A DNA stretch of 47,680 nt from positions 1-47,680 of the forward strand of contig SLLP01000081.1 in the NCBI GenBank assembly GCA_007133995.1. The letters are read 5' to 3'. The notes beneath the pieces were generated by a model that saw only the letters and a list, made by a program, of their open reading frames with translations, ran no database searches and was not told the DNA's origin. Source of the stretch: Balneolales bacterium. GTDB lineage: Bacteria; Bacteroidota; Rhodothermia; Balneolales; Natronogracilivirgulaceae. Shown piece after piece: positions 8,809-18,900 of the stretch. Both the position numbers and the translations under genes were made by a program. Position 1 is the first letter of the stretch. Every line of letters starts with the position of its first letter.

Positions 8809-10116
8809 ATGTACACCTGCTTGAATTATTTACCATACAGATTAATATCTTTCTGTTTTTTGATTGTTCTACTTACAAGTTGCACAGTAGATCGGGTTTC
8901 TAGTGCGGATAGTATCGACGCACCCACTCAGCTCGGAAACAGCCCCATGGTCAAGGGGCAAGTAGCGCCACCTTCCCATATCAGAAGTATCCAGGTATAC
9001 AGAGGCTCCCGAAAACAGTCGCTGCCGGCGATAGAGCTTGGCAGTAGCGACCATTTGACACTTCGGTTTGACGTTTTGGGCGGCACATCCCGGCTTTTTC
9101 GCGTACGTGTGCGCCATAGAAACTCAGACTGGTCCGACAGCCGGTTGATGACTGATTACTACCTGAGAGGTTTTCGTGAGGATCTCATTGAAAGGGCGCA
9201 GCCCAGCGGTGTCCAGGACCCTCACTATATGCATTACCGCTTTCGGTTTCCAAACGAAAATACGCAACTTCGCATCAGTGGAAATTACCTGATGGAGGTA
9301 ATGGAATACGAGACCTCACAAATCTTGTTTTCCGTACCTTTTTTTGTGCATGAAAACACGGGACGCATGGAATTAAGCCTTGAGGAGCTTTATGGCCTGG
9401 ATTCACGTTATCGCGTTCATCACCAGCCTTTTGCCAGATATGTTTATCCCTCCTATGTCATTTCACCGATTACTGATCTGAAAATGCTGTTTGTACAAAA
9501 CCGGTTCTGGGGTCGTGCCAGTGAGGCCGATGAGGAAGACATGTCTGAATCGGGCGTTTACCGTGCGTACATTTCAAGACCAAACTCATTTGTTGGTGTG
9601 TATGAATTCAGGCAATTGGATCTGAGAAGATATGATGCCGGCGGTCCCGAAATTGTTCAGGTTCGAAGCGAGACCATTCCGCCACAGGTCTGGTTATTCC
9701 GGGACGTGGTCAATCTGGATGTAAGTCCAAGAAGACGAACACCGATTGCTCATGGATTACCGAGAGATGATCTTCGCGCCCGTTATGCAGATGTACATTT
9801 TCAACTGGAGTTGCCCGATCGTGAGGCGACGGACCTGCCCATTTACATATACGGTCCGTTCAACAATTGGACCATCAAAGAGGATAACAGAATGGAGTAT
9901 CAAAGTTCAACTGACTCCTACACCGGACGGGCGCTGATCAAGGAGGGTGAATACGACTATAAATATGCCATTGTTGAAAAAGGTCGAATTGATGACCTTC
10001 GGCTGGATGCCAGTTTTGCATCAACGGCTCAGGAGTACACCTCACTTGTATACTACCGGGATCCGGGGCTTCAGGCAGATCGACTTTTGCAACTTGAAAG
10101 CGGCCTGTCCAGATAA
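8809..10116 (+). CDS. DUF5103-family protein (type IX secretion system plug-protein family), probable lipoprotein
   Basis: Trimmed to the ATG at 8809, giving a signal peptide plus lipobox (FLIVLLTSC). IRSIQVYRG...LPAIELGSSDHLTLRFDVL...HRNSDWSDSRL..YYLRGF...ISGNYLMEV matches my recollection of the DUF5103/T9SS_plug first domain. The C-terminus has a glycogen-binding-like beta-sandwich segment (YIYGPFNNW...GEYDYKY). Confidence 0.6.
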   Translation: MYTCLNYLPYRLISFCFLIVLLTSCTVDRVSSADSIDAPTQLGNSPMVKGQVAPPSHIRSIQVYRGSRKQSLPAIELGSSDHLTLRFDVLGGTSRLFRVRVRHRNSDWSDSRLMTDYYLRGFREDLIERAQPSGVQDPHYMHYRFRFPNENTQLRISGNYLMEVMEYETSQILFSVPFFVHENTGRMELSLEELYGLDSRYRVHHQPFARYVYPSYVISPITDLKMLFVQNRFWGRASEADEEDMSESGVYRAYISRPNSFVGVYEFRQLDLRRYDAGGPEIVQVRSETIPPQVWLFRDVVNLDVSPRRRTPIAHGLPRDDLRARYADVHFQLELPDREATDLPIYIYGPFNNWTIKEDNRMEYQSSTDSYTGRALIKEGEYDYKYAIVEKGRIDDLRLDASFASTAQEYTSLVYYRDPGLQADRLLQLESGLSR

Positions 10117-10162
10117 GGTGTTACGCGCCGTTCGAAATGCTCCGAAAGTTCGGACCAATAAC

Positions 10163-13100
10163 TCAGAAATCCAGGCCAATGCTGAAATAATGAACTCTCC
10201 GGCCAAAACCGGTTCCATTTTCGACATCGTATGGCCAAGCCAGATCGTATCGGAAAGGCAGGCCAAGAAGAATTGTCCGAAGACCGAAACCTGATCCTGC
10301 CAGCACGGCATCGCGACTTGCTCCCTCCCATGCGGCACCCACATCGATGAATGCAGTGCCCTGAATGTTATATAAAGGAATGAGGGGGATGGGGCCTGGC
10401 AATAATGCTGCTATCAGGGGAAATCTGAACTCGGCATTAAAGAGACCAAAGCGATTGCCGATGGCTGAGTTGAAGAAGTGTCCTCGCAGCGGAAGTGCAG
10501 GAAGCGTAAAAAATATATCTTCAAGCCGATCTCTTTGAAGCGCTCCTTCAGCCCACCTGAAATTGATCCAGTTCTGGATGCCGCCCATGTAAAAGTTTTG
10601 GGCATCCGGCCCGAAGGAAGCGGCACCGGAACCCCGGAATGCAAATACATAACCCATTCCAAGATGGAAGTAGCGGCGTACGTCACCAAGCACAGATGCA
10701 AATCCGATTACTTCCGATGAAAAAGGCGGACTACCCGTTACGCTCAGAGCGTAGCGGGTACCTGAAAGAGGTGACAAGAAGCCGGGTCTTGTCAGGTCAC
10801 GGGTAAATGTAACTTCAGGATACAGGAAGTATGCGTCTTCTGAGTCTGAAACGCCGCCACGGACCAGACTGAAGTCCCGTGAGATATTGATAAAACTGGC
10901 TCCGTAGTCAATCCGGGTGAATTTATTGATCGGGTACTGAAACTGCAGACCACCACCGTAAAAACGGAAACGCACCTGTTCGAAATCCCCCATACCATCC
11001 AGACCAGGACTCAAAACCAGAAAATTCCGTGACGTGTGAAAATACCGGACCAGATAGTTTGTACGATTGGCAAAGTAGCCGTAGCTCACCTCGTAATCGC
11101 TGTTGCGCAAATCAAATTGCAAGTTTGTTATAAGGTTGATGCGGTGATCACCCAGCAGATCGGAAAAGGTAAAGGCGGCAAGCGCATAAGTGCCATAGAA
11201 GGTCGATACACCCCCGGCGGCGTAGGTGATATCAGGTGAAAAATTAAGACGGTACTTGCGAGGTATAAACCGGCCATCTTCCGTTTGGGTTTCGCGTTCT
11301 TCCCTTGCTTTTTCAAGATGGCTTGTGGTAACCAGGTCATCTAATCCTTCACCGAACTCGTAATTCCGAAAATCAATTACATCCGCATCGGTGTCAGCAG
11401 TGTCCGGTTCTTCTCGTACTTCATCATCTTCAGGGAGCCGGGCGGCCTCTTCCTCTCTGATCAGGTCAATGATGGTTGATGTCTGACGAACCAGTTCTGT
11501 GGCTCTCATTCTTTGCAGATCGTCTTCAAACATGTTGAAGGCGATACCGAGCGCGGGAACGCGCTGCTCGGCAGGTTCACGAAGTCTTCGTTCTGCCCAG
11601 TGATTTCGCTGCAGCGGTTCAACCTTGCGTCGCTCGAAAGGAGTATCCAGTGTGAAAATATGTACAAACCCTCTGTTAAAGGAGTTGATGGCCAGCAAAT
11701 TACCATCGGCGCTGATAGACATCTGCATGACGCCCGTGATAAGATCTGTCAGGGCATAGCTTGTCCTTGTTTCCAGATCCATCTCATACACATTGGGTAT
11801 GCCATTTTGATCCGAAATATAAATCATACGGCCGTCACGTGTCATGATGGGCCGGTATTCATTCCAGTTGGGTGTACTGGTAAGCCGGGTTGCGTTACTT
11901 GAACCCAGCCTGAGCATGTAAATGTCGCTCTGTTTGATATTCGGGTTCAACAGCACATTATAATCGGTGCGAAACGTATTCACTTCGGTATGTGGACCGC
12001 GATCCGAAGCAAACAACAGGTATTCAGAATCATTGGACCATGCAGGATCCCAATCACTGAATACGTCATTCGTAGCACTTATGAAATCACCCGTTTCCAA
12101 ATCATATACATAGATATTGGTAAAGGGACCGTCATTACCTTGAAAGGCGATCTTTTTTCCGTCGGGCGACCATGCCACCGAACCAATGGCATCAAGCTGT
12201 GGAAATACGATTTTTTGAACTTCTTCTGTGCGGTAATCGACAATGGCGAGATCAACAGATCCCCCGGATCGGGTAGATAGTGCAATTTTCCGTCCGTCAG
12301 GCGACCAGGTCAAATTCGGCCGCAGAATGTTCAATTCCTCAAAGTCGACATTGTCTTCGCCACGGATCAGGGTTTTAATACGACTTCCGTCACGGGCATT
12401 CAGAACAATAACGTCAAAATAGCCTCTGGCATTTGAGATCATGGCCACCCGGTCTCCGCTGGGGGACACTGCCGGACTGGTGTTGTACGCCCTTCGAAAT
12501 CTGTTATCGGTAATCAGGTTGCCGATATCTCTTAAATCTTCCCTGATGGCTATTTCGGGAAAATAGATTTTACGAAGCCAGTCCTGAAACCGTTCATTAA
12601 GTTCCGACATATCCAGACCAAGCGATTGACGCAGGCCGTTTTCCACACTTCGAGTCTGACGTACACGTTGCAGGATTTCACCGATTTTTTCCCGGCCATA
12701 CTCCTCCACAATGAAGTTCCAGAAAGCCTGTCCGCCGCGATATGCCATGAATCCACGCATTTGCGGGATGGGTGGCATATTATTGTTTATTACGGCTTCA
12801 CGAATGAACATATCCGTGTCGGTATCCCATCCGAGCGATACATATTCGGACAGACCTTCCTCAAACCAAAGTGGAATGACAAGCTGTATGTTGTTTTGAA
12901 TGATGGCCTGGATGGATCCTCCATAGTACATATCATTGAACATGGCGTGAACCAGTTCGTGATGGAGCACCTGGCGGTAGTCACCATAATGACCCATGAA
13001 CGGGATCGTGATCCGGTTTTTGAATTTGTCAGTCACACCGCCTATACCCTGGGCATCCACCGGGAGCGGGACCACATTTGTTTGACTGAAGTCCGTGTGT

Positions 13101-13408
13101 GAATCGTAGATAATTACAGCGATCCGATCATTGAGCTGATGACGGAAATCCTGGCTGAGCTGAGCGTATGCAGCTTCAAGACTCTTCGCTGTATATTCGG
13201 CCAGGTAGTAATTTTTTGATTCGTAGTAATAGACATCGAAATGGTCAGACTGGATGAAACGCCAGTCAAACTGGGAGTACTGGACACGATTTTTTCCGAA
13301 TCCGAAATACTGGGCAGAGGCGTCGGGTACTGTTATTGCGACACCGAGCATGAGAAGCAAAGTCGCGTATAACAAACGGGATAGAGGGGTCTGACGTGTA
13401 ACTTTCAT
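10163..13408 (-). CDS. Outer-membrane fusion protein: zincin-like (HEXXH) domain + PD40/TolB-like beta-propeller repeats + C-terminal Omp85 (BamA/TamA-family) beta-barrel
   Basis: 1081 aa with an N-terminal signal peptide (LLLMLGVAITVPDASA). HELVH at aa 150-154 (nt 12947-12961). Repeated PD40-type motifs (AVSPSGDRVA, WSPDGRKIA, WSPDGKKIA, ...SDRG, ...SDQNG). Acidic linker EEEAARLPEDDEVREEPDTADTDAD. The last ~400 aa show amphipathic beta-strand periodicity with an Omp85-like GG..LRG segment and a terminal aromatic residue (...YFSIGLDF). Confidence 0.75.
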   Translation of the reverse strand: MKVTRQTPLSRLLYATLLLMLGVAITVPDASAQYFGFGKNRVQYSQFDWRFIQSDHFDVYYYESKNYYLAEYTAKSLEAAYAQLSQDFRHQLNDRIAVIIYDSHTDFSQTNVVPLPVDAQGIGGVTDKFKNRITIPFMGHYGDYRQVLHHELVHAMFNDMYYGGSIQAIIQNNIQLVIPLWFEEGLSEYVSLGWDTDTDMFIREAVINNNMPPIPQMRGFMAYRGGQAFWNFIVEEYGREKIGEILQRVRQTRSVENGLRQSLGLDMSELNERFQDWLRKIYFPEIAIREDLRDIGNLITDNRFRRAYNTSPAVSPSGDRVAMISNARGYFDVIVLNARDGSRIKTLIRGEDNVDFEELNILRPNLTWSPDGRKIALSTRSGGSVDLAIVDYRTEEVQKIVFPQLDAIGSVAWSPDGKKIAFQGNDGPFTNIYVYDLETGDFISATNDVFSDWDPAWSNDSEYLLFASDRGPHTEVNTFRTDYNVLLNPNIKQSDIYMLRLGSSNATRLTSTPNWNEYRPIMTRDGRMIYISDQNGIPNVYEMDLETRTSYALTDLITGVMQMSISADGNLLAINSFNRGFVHIFTLDTPFERRKVEPLQRNHWAERRLREPAEQRVPALGIAFNMFEDDLQRMRATELVRQTSTIIDLIREEEAARLPEDDEVREEPDTADTDADVIDFRNYEFGEGLDDLVTTSHLEKAREERETQTEDGRFIPRKYRLNFSPDITYAAGGVSTFYGTYALAAFTFSDLLGDHRINLITNLQFDLRNSDYEVSYGYFANRTNYLVRYFHTSRNFLVLSPGLDGMGDFEQVRFRFYGGGLQFQYPINKFTRIDYGASFINISRDFSLVRGGVSDSEDAYFLYPEVTFTRDLTRPGFLSPLSGTRYALSVTGSPPFSSEVIGFASVLGDVRRYFHLGMGYVFAFRGSGAASFGPDAQNFYMGGIQNWINFRWAEGALQRDRLEDIFFTLPALPLRGHFFNSAIGNRFGLFNAEFRFPLIAALLPGPIPLIPLYNIQGTAFIDVGAAWEGASRDAVLAGSGFGLRTILLGLPFRYDLAWPYDVENGTGFGRRVHYFSIGLDF

Positions 13409-13500
13409 CTCTTCAATTTAAATTAGGATTCATGTAGCCAAACAGAAAAACGTATTGGAGTGTGTGGAATAAATTCTCCATGTAAAAGCGTAAAGCGACG

Positions 13501-13535
13501 TATAAAAAGTTCCTGACGTTTCACACTCAGGAACT
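13501..13535 (-). terminator. Rho-independent terminator candidate downstream of rnr
   Basis: On the minus strand: AGTTCCTGA-N10-TCAGGAACT (perfect 9-bp stem, 13508-13516 / 13527-13535), immediately followed by TTTTTAT. It lies ~100 nt past the rnr stop codon. Confidence 0.55.
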
Positions 13536-13635
13536 GGATTGTCTCAACAAGCTGTTGCTTATTTGTAACGAATAAAAAGTGCTGGCGGTGTGCAACATAG
13601 ATATGATTTCAAACGGTACTGGCTGAAGCGTATTA

Positions 13636-15819
13636 TTAACCGGGTATGAAATCTATTTGTCGCTGTTCCAGGTCGGTTCGGGTAACTTTGACCTTTATAT
13701 CATCACCAAGCTGAAACGTTCTGCCACGCTTGCGTCCTCTCAACTGGTGCCGGGACTGTTCGTAAACATAGAAGTCATCATCCAGATCGCGAATGGCAAT
13801 CATGCCTTCACAAAAGCTTTCATTCAACAATACAAAAATCCCCTTTTCAGTAACACCGCTTATAACACCTTCGAATGTGTCACCAATATGCCCGGACATA
13901 TATTCCACCTGTTTCAGTTTGATGGAGTCGCGCTCTGCCATAACAGCATCCCGCTCCTTCTCACTGCAATGATCGCCAAGTGATAGCAATTCCTGAAAGC
14001 TGTAGGATGGGAGTCCGGCCGCATATTGTTTCAGAAGCCTGTGAACGATGAGATCGGGATAACGCCGAATCGGACTCGTAAAGTGCGTATACTCTTTAAA
14101 TCCCAGCCCATAGTGTCCGATATTTTTGGGACTGTAAACGGCTTTGGCCATCGAGCGCAATACCAATTCATTGATGGCATATTTGAGTGTTGTTTTATCG
14201 GCGTCTCTGATAAGCTGATTTATTTTTGCCGCGGTGACTTTTCCGTCCTTAACCGAAAAGTCTATTCCTAGCGGCCGCACATTCTCACCTATATTTCTGA
14301 GTTTTTCGGGGTCGGGTCTGTCATGAATACGGTAGAGAAACGGGTGGTTGAATTTGCCGAATTTATCATCCTTATCGTTCTCTCCGCGTCCCTTTCCTGC
14401 TGCTTTCAGGCGGTTTTTATGTTCTATTCTTACCCTGTTGATATGCTGTGATACCGTTTTATTCGCCATGAGCATGCACTCCTCAACAAGCCGGTGTGCT
14501 TTCAGTCTTTCTTTTACATAAACCCCCAGAGGTCTGCCGTGTTCGTCGAGCCGGAACCGGGGCTCAGGGGTATCCAGATCGATGGAGCCTTCACTGAAAC
14601 GTTTGTCGGTGAGCATCGAAGTCATCTTTGCCAGAATTTTGATGGAATCCTTGAGTTCATGCTTTTTTCCATCGATGATTTCCTGGACTTCTTCATAGGC
14701 GAATCTCCTGGATGAATTGATCACCGTCTCATCTATGCTATAGCTGACAAGTTTGCCATCAGGGGTTATTTCCATAAAACAGCTGTATGCCAGTTTGTCC
14801 TCATTGGGACGCAGGCTGCAAACGCCATTGCTCAGGCACTCGGGAAGCATGGGTATCACACGATCTACCAGATATACACTTGTTCCGCGATCCACTGCTT
14901 CCTTGTCCAAAATACGGTCTTGCTGCACGTAGTAGCTCACATCCGCAATATGAACGCCAAGGTAGTAGTTGCCATTGTCACGCATGCTGATACTCAGGGC
15001 ATCGTCGAAATCCTTGGCGTCATGAGGATCAATGGTAAAAATCTCCCAGGTGCGGATATCTTTTCGGCGCTTGTACTCTTTTTCCGGAATTTCGACGGCC
15101 ACACTTTCTGCGAACTCCTCAACTGCCGGTGGGAAGGCGGCCTGAAGCTCATTTTCGGCCAGAATCGAAAGAATGGATGCGTTATTTGTGCCTTTCTTGC
15201 CAAGCACTTCAAGAACTTCAGCCTCAGGCAGCGATCGTTGGTGCAGCCAGTCCACCAGCCGAAAGGTCACCTTGTCGTTGTGATGAGCCCCATTAACGTT
15301 ATCCGGATGAACAAAAAACTCCACCTGAGCCGATTTTTCGTCGGGTATGATCAGATACGTATTCTTGCCTTCCTTGTGAAATGTACCGACAAAGAATTTT
15401 TTTCCCCGTGAGACGACTTCAACTATTTTGCCTTCGGTGCGATCACTGCGTGATTTCGGCAGAATACTTAATTTGACCTTGTCTTTATCCAGTGCCGTGC
15501 CGGTATGTTTTGACGGGATGCGGATGTCCTGGTCCCTGTCCTCCACCTTTACATAGCCGGTACCGCTCCGGGTGCTGGAAAAGACACCTTCAACTGTGTT
15601 TGTCTGCTGTCTGGTGTCCGCAATTCTTATTTTGTCGTTTTTTCGAATGATTTTGTTCTTATTTAACAATCGTTTCAGAGCCTTTTCGAAACGTTCTTCT
15701 CCCTTTTTCTGTGGGAGTTTGAATGCGCTTTTCAGGGTTTCCGTATTTACCCAACTGTCGGAATGTCGTTCAAGCAGTTCAATAATGAGATCTTCAAGAT
15801 GGATTTTCTTTTTCTTCAT
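13636..15819 (-). CDS. rnr: Ribonuclease R (3'-5' exoribonuclease, RNB family)
   Basis: 727 aa. RNB catalytic region DPHDAKDFDDALS...YLVDRVIPMLP, the HFTSPIRRYPDLIVHR motif, and a C-terminal S1 domain (GDTFEGVISGVTEKGIFVLL). Confidence 0.93.
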   Translation of the reverse strand: MKKKKIHLEDLIIELLERHSDSWVNTETLKSAFKLPQKKGEERFEKALKRLLNKNKIIRKNDKIRIADTRQQTNTVEGVFSSTRSGTGYVKVEDRDQDIRIPSKHTGTALDKDKVKLSILPKSRSDRTEGKIVEVVSRGKKFFVGTFHKEGKNTYLIIPDEKSAQVEFFVHPDNVNGAHHNDKVTFRLVDWLHQRSLPEAEVLEVLGKKGTNNASILSILAENELQAAFPPAVEEFAESVAVEIPEKEYKRRKDIRTWEIFTIDPHDAKDFDDALSISMRDNGNYYLGVHIADVSYYVQQDRILDKEAVDRGTSVYLVDRVIPMLPECLSNGVCSLRPNEDKLAYSCFMEITPDGKLVSYSIDETVINSSRRFAYEEVQEIIDGKKHELKDSIKILAKMTSMLTDKRFSEGSIDLDTPEPRFRLDEHGRPLGVYVKERLKAHRLVEECMLMANKTVSQHINRVRIEHKNRLKAAGKGRGENDKDDKFGKFNHPFLYRIHDRPDPEKLRNIGENVRPLGIDFSVKDGKVTAAKINQLIRDADKTTLKYAINELVLRSMAKAVYSPKNIGHYGLGFKEYTHFTSPIRRYPDLIVHRLLKQYAAGLPSYSFQELLSLGDHCSEKERDAVMAERDSIKLKQVEYMSGHIGDTFEGVISGVTEKGIFVLLNESFCEGMIAIRDLDDDFYVYEQSRHQLRGRKRGRTFQLGDDIKVKVTRTDLEQRQIDFIPG

Positions 15820-15915
15820 TCCGTAATGAATGTAAAGGTGCAGGCTTTGTGTTCGAATGTGAGCACGTGTAAATGCCGGTAAAGTTGTATTTAAGTTGAA
15901 ACGAACAATCAGCCT

Positions 15916-18900
15916 TTAATCGTTCGGTAATGTATTGGGTTCCATTAGTTTTTCTAAAAAAATACAAGAAAGGGAATCCTCCCTGATACCAGTGAGCATG
16001 GAAGGCAAGGATGAGTCCTCCTCACCTTCAGCATCAGCAAAATCATTTTCCGGATCGGAATCGGGCTCATGTTCCGCCTGACCTTCTCCGTTGCTCTCAA
16101 AAAGTCCGAATACCGTAGTCACATTTCTCCATATTCTGTGGCCGAACTCCCTCCATGTATTAAAGCGAAATTGAGCTTCAAGCCCCAGACCGTTCACATT
16201 TTCCACATCGGCTTGTGTTCCCAGTATGGACATGAGCATAGGATCTTTCCTGTGAAATACCTCCACTGAAAGATTTTGATTTATACGGTATGTGGCTCCG
16301 AGGTCTCCAATATTGGTTTCCTCACCGCCCACTTCGCCCTCGCGCCGCAGCACCAGGCGGTCATCGAAAAGGCGCAGGGCAATACCCAGGTCGGCCTGGT
16401 CAAATCCCAGAAGATTAAGGTCGACATCAAGGTTGATGAGGTTGTCACTGAGCAGTGTGTTGATCTGACTGGAAAGCAATTGGCTGATACCCACCTGTCC
16501 GGCCCGTGCCTGTAGTGTAGTGCCAAGTTCCTGCGTTTGGGTATCACCGACAAGAGCTCCGGATATGAAGCCACCGGTAAACAGCAGGCTGGTGGCCTGA
16601 AGCAGTTTTTGTTCCTCGCTGTTCAGAACATTAAGGACTGCGGCGTTCTGGGTTGCGTCGATAGCATTGGGAAACTCAAAATAGAAGTCGTTCTCAATGT
16701 TGTCGATCGGTCCTGTGATGACGAGAAGCAACTCCACAGGTACACGGTTGGTCTGATCCATCGCTGCGCCCAGCAACGGGGCGATATTTGGCCTTGACCG
16801 GTATACTGCAGTGATATCGAGCAGTGCATTGGTGGGATCACCATCCAGCCGGATCGTGCCTCCCTCGCGCAGAATGAAGCGTCGGGTCAGGATATCGCCA
16901 CCGACAAAAAGGTAGTCCCCACTGCTTATATCAAAATTGCCGAATATCTGAAGATCTTCATCTTCCAGGGTGATGCGCATCCGCCCACTGCCCTGTGCGT
17001 TAACGATTTCACCGGTAACCGGATCAAAAATCAGCTGAACTGTCGTATTGGGTGCGGCAACGAACTGCAGGTCAAGTCGGAAGACTTCCATGAATGTCCG
17101 GTCAATTTGCCTGAGCACTTCGGGATCGTCGGTGATTTGCCGGTGAAAATCAACCTCTTCAAAATTTTTTACGAAACGTATGTAACGCCCCTGGGTATCA
17201 CCCATGGTCGGGTCAACAAGGGGAAGAGATATACGGGACTGGCTGGTGGTATTTATGGGTTCGATGGTACGCACAAAAGGTGAAACATTTGAACCGCTGA
17301 TGTTCACCACACCGGTGCCGGCTACGCGTCCGTAAAATGGGACCTCAGGATCCTCTGAGTTATCCAGAAATCTCAAATTCTGCAGACTCAGGGTGATGTC
17401 CATGAATTTTTCCGGCTCGAAATCGTTCAAATCAAAGGTTCCGGTGACCGTGCCCCTGCCATTGGCAGCGTCGCGGATATTCAGCTCATGGATGAGTACG
17501 CCGTCGTAGCGATTTACGGATAAATTTCCGTTAAGCCGGTAAAGCGGCTCAAGAAAAACAGGAACTACCTCAGACTCCAGGATTTCAAAATCACCATGGA
17601 AATCAATGTCTGTGAGGTTGCCTGTGATATAGCCATTACCCGTAGCTTTTCCTTCAATGGATTCAAATATACTGCTCATCAGATATCGCAAGACCCAAGC
17701 GTCCAGTTCAACAACATCGATATCAAAATAGTACAGAGAATCAACGGGCAGGTCAATATCAGGTGCACGCAGCCAGCCAGTGGCAGTCACATGCTGTCTT
17801 CTGCCTTCATTTTGGTCTATGTAATCACTGTGCTTTTCTTCGTCGGTTATCACCCGAAGTTCGGTTTCAAATCGTTCCTCGACAGAATTATAAGTACTGA
17901 CAAGGCTTGCGTCGCCAATTATCCTGTCATTGAAAGCCAGATGATCAACGTCAAGCCTGCCATGGAATACCGGATTCACTGTGAGCGTTCTTGTGACAAA
18001 ATCGCCGTCTACAATGCCCTGAAATCCGACCTTTCCGTCTATCATCTGAGAGATGCGATCCAGATTAACATTAACGAAGCGATACACTACCGAGTCCTCA
18101 GGATCGCTGCTGAAGCTGCCATCGATAAATATCCGGTCTTCTCCGCTAAAAACAAGGAGATCTTCAATATGAAGCTTGCCATCCTGGTCGTAGCGTAAAA
18201 CAGGTTGGTAGCCGGTCAGCCAGGAGTAGCGTTCGTTGCCAAGAACAAGGTCGTCGATGATGAAATAAATTTCGGATTCACTTAAACCGCCCCGGATGTC
18301 TGCCGAAAACCGGACTTCATTTCCAAAATTGGCGATACGGCTGTGACTGTTGATGGTTTCTTCGTCAATCAGGAGTGCCCAGGATAGACTGTCCAGATTC
18401 TGATCCATATAGATGAGGCGACCTACATTGACCTTCAGATCCAAGTCCAGGAAGTCGTGAAACGACCGATCAAAGCGAAAGCCGGCAGAAAACACCATCT
18501 CTGACCCTTCGATGGATATTCCATTCCATGCTGTTCGATTGTCCTGCCACTCGGAAGTGATTTCCAACATGTCCGAATCCGCGTGCAATTGAACCAAACC
18601 CTGCAGAGTCGATGTAATATCCGGCATTCGGGGTGCATATGCCTGAAGGAGTTCAAGATTTTTGACTTCGAAAAAGATATCTGCTTGTAACAGGTCACCG
18701 GGTTCAGCCCGTTTCATCAATTGCTCTTCCCTTTTGCGGAACAGGATTTCATCATCAACACGATATGTAAAGTAATTATGCCATTGTCCGAAAAGCCGGC
18801 CAATAGAAGGTATGGAAATCTCGCCTTCCATGACCAGGTCGGCGATGGAGCTGGTGAGTCGCAGTGATCGGGTTCTGGATTCGGGATGGTTGAAATCGAG

